The notes below the pieces were generated by a model. The model was not told where the DNA came from. It was given only the letters and a program-made list of their open reading frames with translations, and did not search any database. From Torpedo marmorata (lineage: Eukaryota): a DNA stretch of 64,000 nucleotides. Position 1 is the first letter of the stretch. Each line of letters opens with the position of its first letter. A program made the position numbers and the translations under genes. The stretch is from positions 185,690,001-185,754,000 of the forward strand of contig OZ360220.1 in assembly GCA_977017645.1 (NCBI GenBank). The letters are read 5' to 3'. Of the stretch, positions 52,766 through 64,000 are shown one piece after another.

Positions 52766-53345
52766 CCTGCAATATAGCAATTAAGTGACAGACATGGCAA
52801 CTGCCAAATAATACCATTCCTTTCCCATGATTTAGAAGAAACTTAAATCTGGCCTGGAATATGCAAATACTCCTAACAAGATCTCACACATTTGGATTAC
52901 TTTAAACAAAGCTGCCCCAATGTTTGACTGTCACTGAACCATGCTATAATGCACAGTTCTTAAAACAGATATAGCACCTGGAAACAGAAACAAACAAATC
53001 TAGTGCACAGTGGCTTTAAAATCCCTATACATTACCATCATTGCATTACATTGTACACACATTTACACTCAATAAGGAAAATAAACATAATTTGGCCTGT
53101 GATTCAATCTAATGTTATAATTAGAAATCAGAAAGAAATACACTCAATACATAAGCAATAGAAAGTAGTCCTAAACTTTCAAAATACTGAATTTGTAACT
53201 GCACTTTAAATATTAATTTGAAAATACACATAATTTTTAATAAACAAAAGAGCAAAATGTAAGGCACCAATAGTGTAGTGCAAAGGGTATTGTAAATGAA
53301 CATTTCTTCAAAAGTGTCCCTAATTTACTGGCTGGAAACTAACTT

Positions 53346-53653
53346 TGCATACATTTAACAAAAAGTAATCTCTTAAAAAAAATCAGAATGGTAACTTTTA
53401 AGACTGCAGTATCCCTCTTTGCTGCCCTGCATCTGTTTATTTTCAACATCATTAAATGTGACTGCTGCTCCATAAAGAGCTCAATTTTGCTTTCATGAAG
53501 TTGCATTAAGTAGTTGATTTTGCACATTCTACTGCAAGTGCCTGGTACATTGAGAAATATCCCCACTTGATTCACTATTTCAAACACAGTTATTCAGTGT
53601 TTTCATTGAGACAGTATCATAAGAATTTATATGTTCCATCTTTTGCTCTCTAC
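53346..53653 (+). repeat. Copy A of a ~300-bp local direct duplication
   Basis: Colinear with 55881-56177 (ttaacaaaaagtaat..tcttaaaaaaatcaga.tggtaacttttaaga..ccataaagagct..ctatttcaaacaca..tccatcttttgctct). Confidence 0.9.
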
Positions 53654-54305
53654 ACTGAGTCACCTGCATCAAGCGCTGGCTTTGACTGCAGTCAATGCAT
53701 GTTTTGCTCCAGGAACCACTGCTTTGCTATTGGTTAAGTAGCCTTACTTGCCTTTCCTCTCTCTTCCGTAACCCCAGGTCTTTTCTGCCCTCCATGGTAC
53801 AGGGCAGCTGAGATAAGAGTTTCAGGCAGATGGGAGTGGAACTTATGAATCACAAATCTCAAGCTTCATATCCTGGTGCATCAGTGTATTGTGCTACTTC
53901 ACTGCAGAGCAAACTACTTATTAAACAAAAAGATTTTTATTTTAGAATGAAATGAAAATGAAATAGAGTATTCTGAGTACCAAACATTAAGGGGTTAAAA
54001 TTTCTTCAGCAAAAAATTTCTTTTTATATAACTCCAGTCGTCTTACAGTACTGTGAACAGATGTTTTACATTTAATTCTCTGAAGAGGATGGCAGCCATG
54101 TTTATATCGAGCAGTGTGGGAAAATACAAGTAGTTTAACATTTCCAAATCCACTGTTCTCAAAGTACTACAAAATGCTGAGGTAGAAAGAAACTCTTTTG
54201 ATTTATACCAAATAGTAACTGTCTTGATGCTGGACAACAAGAAGAGATAATGCAGCTTCATTTTTGATATGCACGTGTAGATTTTAGAAATATTTAAAAT
54301 ATTAC

Positions 54306-54394
54306 CTTTGCCAAGCAATTCCCAATGTATCGTCACTGGCACTGGGGTATAAATGCCTGCCGTTTTGATTCATGGTCCAGTCACAAATCCTCAG
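54306..54394 (-). CDS. NFIB: NFIB alternative (cassette) coding exon, 89 nt, LRICDWTMNQNGRHLYPSASDDTLGIAWQ + AG
   Basis: Minus strand reads ...caattgacag|CTGAGGATTTGTGACTGG...GCTTGGCAAAG|gtaat with canonical AG/GT. The translation closely matches the recalled long mammalian NFIB isoform segment LRICDWTMNQNGRHLYPSTSEDTLGITWQS. Length 89 = 29 codons + 2 nt. Confidence 0.95.
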
Positions 54395-54947
54395 CTGTCA
54401 ATTGAAACCTATCAGTGAGATTGGTGTCGAGCAGAACTAGACTCCAAGAATACATGCAAAAAATTCACTTCCATTAAGAAAGGCATTAGTCTGATTAAGG
54501 TGCAACACAGATTTCAATCAAGAAATATTAGAAAGTCAACCACACTGGTTCAACATTACAGACAGAATAAAGGTTAACAAGAGAAAATGTTTACTTTGTT
54601 CACTTAAAGTAACTGTTTATGCAGCTAGAACTGGCTATTCATTTATTCCAGTCCAGAAACCCGTTCCGTAGAACTGTGAAGAACTGATGAGGAGCTTAGA
54701 CTGATCTTGAATGATTCCACAGGAGATACCTCCAGGAATTTTGTTTAGAAGCACTTGGGATCAATAATCTTCTTTGTCTGACCTTTTTTTTAAAATAAAT
54801 TACACAAGTAATGACACCCACATTTAGATTCAACTTCAGTGACAGACCCGAGCAGTCATAAAACATCATTGGACAGATGTGCCCATGTGCACCAAAAACT
54901 GAATCGTTGCACTTTATATTGAACCCTGATAAAGAGTGGAGAATGAA

Positions 54948-54949
<2 letters not shown>

Positions 54950-55003
<54 letters not shown>
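54950..55003. repeat. (AC)27 microsatellite
   Basis: Direct observation. Confidence 0.98.
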
Positions 55004-55005
<2 letters not shown>

Positions 55006-55880
55006 AAAAAGCTGAGACAATGTAAACTGTTAATCTTAGAACAAAGAGAAAAATATAACTGACAAGGAGTTTATATTTGCTTTTATGTATCTAAAGTTTC
55101 ACAATACTTACAAACCACACATTTAAATTAGTTCACTATAAATAATACAAATAAAAAGATTAACTTTATAGGATCAAAACATAATGATGTCTGTTAAGTA
55201 TATAAACACTAGTTATTAAAATACTTTAATCAGTACTATTGAAGTATATTATCAATCATAAAAAAGAATAATACTGGTAGATAATTAATAATGTTCATTG
55301 TATTTTGATGTAAACTTTATTTGGCTTCTTAAACAAATTTCAGGACTTCAGCTGAGTTTTGATTTTCATTATATGCAGGCAAGTTTCCTAAGAGGTTGTT
55401 TATCTCCATTTCCATTATTTAACTGGTTCTTTCCCAATCTTTAGTCTGTGATGTAATTGACTTAGAATTCATGTGGTGGAATGTAAAATATTTAATATTA
55501 AGTGAGAGCAGAAGCATTATTTATTTCTGTGTTCCAATGCGTTTGATAATACCAAGAAGTCAAAATAGGTCCTGGTTTAATGTTAATTCCCATTTTATAA
55601 TAAGTTCATGTTTCTGGAGGTACCAAGCATTGTTCAATCAAAAGAAAACCTTCCACTTATTTTGTATCACTTTGAGTAGAATAGAAGCTTCAAATTGTTA
55701 CAGTAAAGAAAGCCATTTGGCCCATTACATCATGGAGCATCTATTTGGTCCTATTTTCCCACCTTTAGACCTGTTGATAATCTCATTTTCACTAGAAAGT
55801 TGCAGCAGAATCTGAATTCACCACACTTTAAGGTGTGCTATCCAACTTTCCACAATTAATTTTTATTACTTTTTGTTAAG

Positions 55881-56177
55881 TGCACACGCTTAACAAAAAG
55901 TAATAACTTCTCTTAAAAAAATCAGATTGGTAACTTTTAAGATTCAGTATCCTTCTTTGTTGCCCTTCGGCTGTTTATTTTCAACATCTTTAAATGTCAC
56001 TGCTGTTCCATAAAGAGCTTGATTTTGTTTTCATCAAGTTATATTATGCATTTGGCTTTGCACGTCCTGTACATTTAGAAATATTACCACGTGATCCACT
56101 ATTTCAAACACACAGTTATTCCAAGTTTGCTTCGATACAGTATTCTGAGAATCTACATGCTCCATCTTTTGCTCTAC
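55881..56177 (+). repeat. Copy B of the ~300-bp duplication, beginning within a perfect 18-bp inverted repeat (55863-55906)
   Basis: Colinear with 53346-53653. ttattactttttgttaag-tgcacacg-cttaacaaaaagtaataa. Confidence 0.9.
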
Positions 56178-56870
56178 TGGATCTTTCATTCATCATACTA
56201 AATCTGTGTCAAATTTGTATCAATAATCACGTTCTCAAGCCATCCTACATTTTTTAAAAGATTTGTGGACATATGCTCATAGGTCCCTGCGTTCCTGCAC
56301 CCCCTTCAGTTGACTAGTCTCTTTACACACTGCATCATTTCACCCTCTTTCCTGTTCCATCTGGTGTACACACTACACCAGTCCAAATACCCCACCCCCC
56401 CTCCTCTGGAAATCTACCACAACCCTCTGCAATGTTCACATGTTGTTACATTTTGTATCAGCTACAGATCGTGAAACCTGCACACTCACGTCTGTATTGC
56501 TAATATAGTTTAACATGCGAATGAAGTCTCTGCGGAACACTGTCTACAATCCCCAAGCCTGGAATCCAATGACAGAATTATCGAGTCAGAGAGCACAGAA
56601 ACATTCCTCTGCCCTCTATGTCTATGCTGCCCATCAAGTGCCCACCTACACCAATCCCATATCCTAAAACTTGGTCCACAGCCTGTTACGCTTTGTGATT
56701 GAAGTACTCAAATCTACCATAACTCTAAGCTAATACCACATTTTACTGTGGTGGAACAAGAAAGTCTGCAGATGCTGGGGTCGACTGCAGTACACAAGCG
56801 GGCTGGAGAAACTCAGCTGGTCACACACATCCATAGGAACTAAAGGGTAACCTTCGTTATATACTGTATA

Positions 56871-57585
56871 CAGTAAAACCCCAGGCATCTGGAATTCAAG
56901 CAACTGGCAGCCTCAAGCAACTGGCAAAACAATTGAGGAAAATAAATGTAAAAATTAAAATAAATAAGGATAAAATAATAGGTAAAAATAAGCAAGTTTA
57001 AAATTGTAAAAGTAAATGTTCTCTGAAGTAACACATAAACCTTTGGTGAAGATGGGAGCATATATTCAGCCAGCGGAGTGCCTTGGTCGTGCTTTCCTCG
57101 TAGCAGCTGTTTGAATAAAGTTGTGTGAAACAGCAATGGTGTTGCTCAGGATGAAGAACTGGTTGATGCTGCTCACCATTGGGGTGACTCTCTTAAAGTG
57201 TCTCCTTATCCCTGCTTAGTAAGAGTCGCCCCGTTCAGAATCTTTATCTGTAAACTTGGGGAAGGGGGTGTTAATTATCTATAATGTCATTGTTCATCTT
57301 TCAGGCGGCTCCATAGAGGGGGAGGAACCTGCAGATGCAGCGACGGTTAAATGTTTTCAAAGAATGTGACTGAAAATAAAGTAAAATGCTTTAAGGTTTA
57401 TATATTCATGCAAGTGAAGTTTGTTCAGTGTAAGTACAGTACAGTATTTTTTTCTTTTAAACTGTTTATTCTTAATGCAGGTATATTAGTTAGGCATTGT
57501 AAGAGTAAGTCTCAGGCAAATGGAAAATACACTTATCTGACATCTACCAATCCCCATAGGTGCCGGATACCTGGATGTATCACTT
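56871..57585. mobile_element. Tigger-type non-autonomous element next to a pLTR half-arm (56755-56860)
   Basis: TA + CAGTAAAACCCC TIR. Termini are homologous in inverted orientation to MITE 23732-23946; the right end is degenerate. Confidence 0.7.
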
Positions 57586-60500
57586 TCAGACATTCACTTC
57601 CGGCATAATCAATCTTCTCAGTATATTCTCCTTATCAATTATCATCGCATTCATATCTCCCTTATTTACTGAGAGTATGTTAGCATCCTTTTGTTTGACA
57701 AAGACCAATATACCCATTGGAGCAAATAGTGGTGGATTATACCTGCTGACTAAACTGCCCACATCACTTGCCTGCCCACACTTGCCTAGCTGTACACTAA
57801 ACCTGGGAGTAAGAGAGCAAGGTGTAATGAGGCCTCACAAGCAGGTAGGGTACGGGCAACCTACACCTGAGGCCTGCCAGAGTAGTGCCTTGGCAGTCTC
57901 TGACAGCAGGTAATGCCAGGTAATGGATGGAGTCTAATCTTCTGTAAAGATGTGAAGTATTTTAAACCATCTTAAAATGTCTCTAATCTGTAGGAATGCA
58001 ATATATTAACATTTTATATATATTCTCATAATTATTCAAAGCCATTTAAACATTTTAAAGAAATGATTTAAAATAATCTATTTAAATACTAGGATATAAT
58101 AAAAGGTGTTAAAATAAACAATGTAAAATAGATCAATTTTTCCTTGTAATCTCCAGGTTGGGAAACCTATTCAAATCACCGCTGTGTTTGATTGTTACAC
58201 TGGGGAATTCCAGTATGTTCAGGCTCCACTACTGGATCTCACAATGAGCCCAGGATGGTACATACATGGCGAACACATACCCTCCTTTGAGTGGCTGCTC
58301 ACAGGCAGTTGTCAGTCACACCCTCTGTCTCCATAGATTGACATTTTGATCACGAATTAGCCCCACCTTCATGGCTTCCCACTTATTGAATATACCTTTG
58401 CCTTCCTTTTCATGTTCATCATCAGATTATTCTCATTCACCCATTGCCCTTCTTTCCTCTCTTCCCACTTTCTGTTTTTTTTTCCTCATTCTGCATCCTT
58501 CCTTTTACTTCATCATTCTCTCCATCTCTTTTTTCATGCAGGGAGCTTTGCCTTTGGATAGCCAAGCTTGTTGGCAAAACACTGCTTTTTCAAACGCCGC
58601 CTATTGTTTTCTTGTGATTTTACTAAATCATCATTGATTCCTATCACCCACAGCAGGTCTCCTCTCATCAGAGTGAAGTTGGCTCTCCTCCAATTAATTC
58701 AGTTGGTTGCTTCCTAATTTAAACATTTTACTATGATCAATGTTACCATTATGTTCCTTCTCTCACTCTTGGTCATTTATTCCCCAGAATCAGATCCAGC
58801 AACGTCTCCTTACTTTGTTGAGATGGAAGCAGACTTCAGAAAATTGAACCCCCATCCCCATTTACAGCTCTTTTACTTAAAAACGTTGCAACTAACACCC
58901 CAGTACCTGAAATGCCACATTACATCATTGCACTACAGACCTTCCCACCAGATTTCATCCACTCCCTCCTTGCACTCTGATGGACTGCTGAATTCCTCAC
59001 AGCAGAATGCCAGTACATTTATCGATGAAACAGACGGGTTCCGTCTTCAACACTCGACCATCCTCTTTCTCAATGACTTTAATAATCTTTAGAAACCAGT
59101 ATTGACACCCCAATCCTTCTCCCTTCACCTTTCCTGAACAGAAGTGGTCAGTGCTCAGACCTGATTATTTTAATTCATATCTTAGTCACTTGCCACCATA
59201 TCATTTTACTGAGGACAATTTTTGATTTACTGTAAATCATCTGATCCCAATCAATACTGAATTATTTCTTTCACTGGTACAATCTATTATTCCCAGTCCT
59301 CCCTTATTCCTTGCATGACGTACTCATTTGCAGACTAAATAATTTCATTTCTTTAAAATTCAATGAAAGGCAGACAAACCCAAATACTACATGTAACAAT
59401 TGAAAGTTAGTGTATTTATTACCTGAAATGAAAGAAAGATGAAAAAGAAAACCAGAAAATGTAATTCCTACCCACACACCACCCCTGCCATCAATCAAAG
59501 ACTTCTGCGAATTCCCTTCCTTATTTAAATATCAGAAGTGAAGGATGACGAAGAACAGGGCAAGGATGAGAACGTAAGATAAATTTTGCTGATTTTTGTA
59601 ATTTATTTATTCCTTTTGTTTTCTGCGTGGACTTTGCAGTGCTCATGAATGTTAAGCTACAATTATACATGCATCTTAAGTAGCCTTGAGCTTATGTGAA
59701 CCTAGATCATGTCTGGTGTTTTACCGTAATACTTTCACAGCCAAGGTGAGCTTTTTAGATTTCACCTTTCCATGCCAGTGTGTTCCCAATTTCATTCACA
59801 TGAATAGGAAGCTCCAAGCAGCAACATCATCAATTGGGAGAGGGAAATCCAAAAGCACATTCATCTCTAGAACGCTAATATTCTTTTTTGCGACAATACA
59901 AGGTAGCAACAAGCTTGACTCTTGACCACAGAGGCATATGGCCAAAGAAATCAGTAAGCAATAACTTGAAGCCCTAATAAGCAAGTATAAATACAACGTT
60001 TATACGACATGCATTAACATTAAAATCAATGCATAAAAAGTGACAAACAATTTTGTTTTAGAATGAAATTAAACAGATGTTTCTCAAATAGCCTTTTTGT
60101 TTTAATCCTTCAAATAAATCACAAAACAGTCTTCAGGAATGAGATTCTCATTGGTCAAAAGAGGGAGAAATTGAGATGCAATTTCAAATATCCTAAAAAT
60201 ATGGGTTTATCAATAACATTGAGTTAATACAAGGAGATAACAATTGAGGGGAAATGCAACCCTGCACATGTTCACTCCATTTCAAATATTAATAATTACT
60301 GGTAACAATGTTATAATATATATCATCTTTGAAGATATGTTTGAGCAAATCTAGTCCCCTAACGTCTGCATGATAGGAATTTTCATTTTGGTAAAGAACA
60401 ATTTGCACATTTTGCCTCATTCACTGTGTTTTTAATTTCAATTATAAGTTATTATCCATGTATTACATATGAGTCAAACATATTATAATATTATTAGAAA

Positions 60501-63500
60501 CTAAATGGCCCCCTACTCTGACATCAGATCACTGATTGTGCAGCTGAACACCTTCAGGTACAGCAGCCGATTTGACAAATTTGCTGCTGTAGCTTCAAGT
60601 ATTTTTGATCATTTTTGGCTGAAGAAAAGAATCAAGAGCTTTAATTCCCTGATCCAAGTTTGGCTGCTTTAAGCATAACTTTCAAATGTCTCCATGTCTT
60701 TATTGGCTTTTTAAACTTCAATTTTTAACGTTTATACTCAAGCATAGTCCATTCTAAAACCTACAGCTGCTTATTACATGGTCATAAAAGAAACGTGTGT
60801 CAGAATCACAACCACCAGTGGGCTGAGACGCAAGAAGGATCTGCTGCGATGACAGGTGAGTTCCCCTGGAGTTTGCACAAAGCAATGACAAAATTGTTCC
60901 CTGATGAAAGAACCAGGCTAAAAGAAGTTGGAAAAGTGAAACCAAAATAAAATGGCCATTTATCCTCTATACCCCGAAGGTTCTATACTTTCAGCTCAGA
61001 TCTATTTTTACTTCCTTCAGTTGACGGAGATTTGAAAGGTACAAAGTTATCCCACAAACAATGACCATCAAACCTGGCTGCACCAGGCAGAATCTTTCAG
61101 CGTTTCATCTGCCAATTTGCTTTCAACTTCATTCACGAATCTTGAGCAACACATACTTAACATGGATTAAACTGCTTTGATAATTGGATCGCACGGTAGC
61201 CTGCAAGTCACCCATGCAGAGTTGGCAAGATTTTAATCTTTGCAGAACTCCGAATTTATACCAACCCTAATATGTTGGACTGCCATGACCCTATATGCTG
61301 AATCCTGCTAACCCTGTGATAGACTACTGGGATTTATCCTTGTATATGCAAACAGCTTCTGGACCATGGAACACAGATATTTGAATACAGACGTTACAAT
61401 AGATTCTTCGCCGTAAATTGGTTAGTATGTTTTGCCACTGGACTGCAACAGGAGGCCAATGATGGAGCATAGACTTCCATGATAATTTCCAAACGCCACC
61501 CCACCCCACCCCCCCCTCCCACTCCGCCTCCACCCGCACACACCTCAATTGAGAATTTACAGCTGCCAGGAAGAGGTTATAGAGTTTTACAGCATGGAAA
61601 CAGGCCCTTCAGTCCAACTTGTCAATGCTGACCAAGTGTACTTCCCAAACTAGACCGATGTGCTTGGGTTTGGTCCCTAACGCTCTCAACCTTTCCTCTC
61701 CATGTACCTGTTGAAATGAATTTTAGGAAAGTGACACTTCTTCAATAATTATTTGGTGTTTCAATTATTTAAAATTTTTTGCAATGACTTTATAGCTTTT
61801 GGAAATGTTTTAATCATTTATTTCAGGTACAAGAGTTGTTGAATGCTTTTGGGCATTCACAGCTATTAACAAGCTTCAAAGTTTTGACAGAGAGCAAAAG
61901 AGGGAGCATTCTCGAGGCTTTCTTAGCTGTTTTATGACTACGGGGAGGGGGATCGGTGTTGGTCCACTCATTGTGTGAAGATGGGGTTTTATTGATCAGG
62001 TCCACAATACAGTCAGACAGCAAGTTCAAACTGAAGCATACAAACTCGGTGTGTGCAGGGTAATGAGAGCAGCCAGTGGGTCTCAGTAAGCAAACCCAGG
62101 CCATTGTGTTAATCACACATGGAAGTGTTTTGATATTTTGCAGCAAGAAGATTTCCCACTCCAACTTTCCCTATTTAAAGGGTTCCTGGATGATTTTGCA
62201 GGTTTATTGGAGTGTAGCTTGCTGGCGAGAGCTGCAGGTACCTATCCACAAGAGATAAACCTCTGCCAACATTGCAGAGAATGCTGTGGCAGGGTATGAA
62301 TCCAGAATCTCCTTAAATGCCTCCACTGGCTGCACCAGTCCACCACATGGCAGGTATGAGCAGAAGGGAGAGATGAGCTGGTGAGCGAGATGACCGACGA
62401 GAAGGGAGGTGGAGATGGCAAGAGGTGGTGAAGGCACTTCGCCAGGTGGAAGTGTCCAGTAAAGGTGCTCAGTGAGCAGTCACGGTATTTGAATCTGACT
62501 GAGGAGAAATAACAGCTGAGACCCCACTGCAGGGAGGTCGTGTCCGAGAGCTGCCACTCGCTGGACCATGTCTTAAGCTACATAACGATCCATGGAAAGT
62601 TCTGCCTCTAGAAATGGCCTTTATTATTCTTTCTATGGAAGAGTTGTTCCAGAATGATTGTGATCAAACAGCAAGGTGCAACTCCCTGTGCATTAAGGAG
62701 GGAACAGGCCTCTCTTGTCCAGGAAAACCAAACCTAAGATCAACATGCACAGAGGTTTGCTGATATTGTGAGCGTCCCAATCATGCACTGACTGTATGAT
62801 TGAGTGCGATTATATTGGCTTGAAAGCTTCAGCTCAGAATACAGACCTAGATCATAACTAATGTCAACCCCAGACTCTGAAGATCCCACACAATCCCAGA
62901 TGCCATGCCAGACGCTTTGATCACTGCTTGGGGACTCCAGCTCCTGATTCCACTCTGTGCTACATGATAGTAAAATACTTGTTGCCTTCCATTACATCAC
63001 TGAATGCACGATGAGTGTGATGAAGCAAGAATATCGCTGTATGGACTGAAATTGAGGTGCCCTCCTTTAAACACTATAGAGGGGATCTGAAGACATAGCA
63101 GCTTACTGCACCCTGGAGATTGCATAGATATTCCTTGCTAGTGGCTGCAGGGAAGAGGGAAGGGTGAAGAAAGTAAGCAGCAATGAGGACAGCAATGACC
63201 TGATCTATTCCTGTACATACTCAGAAAGAGGCATGATGTTTGGAACCTCGTTTGAGAGGTGGCCTGAGCAGAACTGACAATGTTCAGATCATGAAACCAG
63301 CTGTATGGAGTATCACATAGACTACATTGTGGTTTCATGGCAACCAACATCTGTGCTACTTGCAATGAGAGAGTCCAGCCATCTACTATTGATATTGTTA
63401 AATCCCTTGCCATCAAGATCTTAGGTTTCCTCCTGATCAAAATTTTAATTGGATCAGCCCCTTAATTGTTGTGTTTATCATGATACAGCCGAGGCTGGGA

Positions 63501-63604
63501 TCAGATAGTGAAAAGTCTTTTCACAATCTGTGAGCTACAAGTCAAGAGCACAATGGAATGCTCTTCACTTGCCCGAACAACACCCAGAGTAAATCAATCA
63601 AAAT

Positions 63605-64000
63605 CATAAGTATTGAGTATAGGAGTTGGGATGTTGTGGTGAAATTGTATAAGACATTGGTGAGGCCAATTTTGGAGTATTGTGTGCAGTTTTGGTCACC
63701 TACCAACAGGAAACATATCAATAAGTTTGAAAGATTGCCGAGAAGATTTACAAAGATATTGCCGGGACTTGAGTTACAGGGAAAGGTTAAACAGGTTAGG
63801 ACTTTATTCCCTAGATCATCGGAGAATGAGGGGAGATTTGATAGAGGTATATAAAATTATGAGGGGTATAGGTAGAATAAATGCAAGCTGGCTTTTTCCA
63901 CTGAGGTTAGGTGAGATAAGAATGAGAGGACATGGATTGAGGGTAAAAGATGAAATGTTTAAAGGGAACATTAGGGGGAACACTTTGACACAGAAGAAGG
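63605..64000 (+). mobile_element. CR1 ORF2 3' fragment running off the window
   Basis: IEYRSWDVVVKLYKTLVRPILEYCVQFWSP, similar to 35385-35720. Confidence 0.9.

Larger units (their letters stand above)
6825..54305 (-). other. NFIB: NFIB last intron (~47.5 kb) between cassette exon and terminal exon
   Basis: GT at 54305-54304 and AG at 6826-6825. The phases join correctly. No other NFIB-like coding exon was recognised between them. Confidence 0.85.

Noticed and set aside
52795-52808. NFI autoregulatory palindrome (TGGC-N-GCCAA); similar near 1877 and 27297
   Set aside because: Spacing or orientation does not fit TTGGC-N5-GCCAA.
54395-64000. Next upstream NFIB exon (…SPRDPSFLHQQQ)
   Set aside because: Not found by eye; presumably lies beyond the window end.

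Overview
Eukaryotic, AT-rich vertebrate genomic DNA. The repeat content (CR1 LINEs with an esterase ORF1, HE1/V-SINE-like SINEs, Penelope-derived fold-backs, Rex/Babar tails) points to a cartilaginous fish, probably a ray or shark; this is inference. The window holds the 3' end of the NFIB (nuclear factor I/B) gene on the minus strand. It includes an 89-nt frame-shifting cassette exon (54306-54394), a ~47.5 kb last intron, and a terminal exon beginning at 6824 that reads in two frames (SWYLG* or (S)PGTWASLVPFQ...EPFLQAETTN*). A long, TE-poor 3' UTR follows. The intron is packed with mobile elements: a near full-length CR1, a 5'-truncated Penelope element with inverted pLTRs, hammerhead motifs and a 13-bp TSD, about ten pLTR-only hairpins, pogo/Tigger elements and MITEs. 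The most striking structure is a decayed Tigger/pogo transposon whose transposase gene is split by a nearly homogeneous 4-kb array of 114 copies of a 35-bp piece of its own coding sequence. Also notable is a ~300-bp direct duplication bracketing the cassette exon, with a perfect 18-bp fold-back at one junction. All homology calls come from recalled motifs, not database searches. Most short ORFs in the track are spurious.
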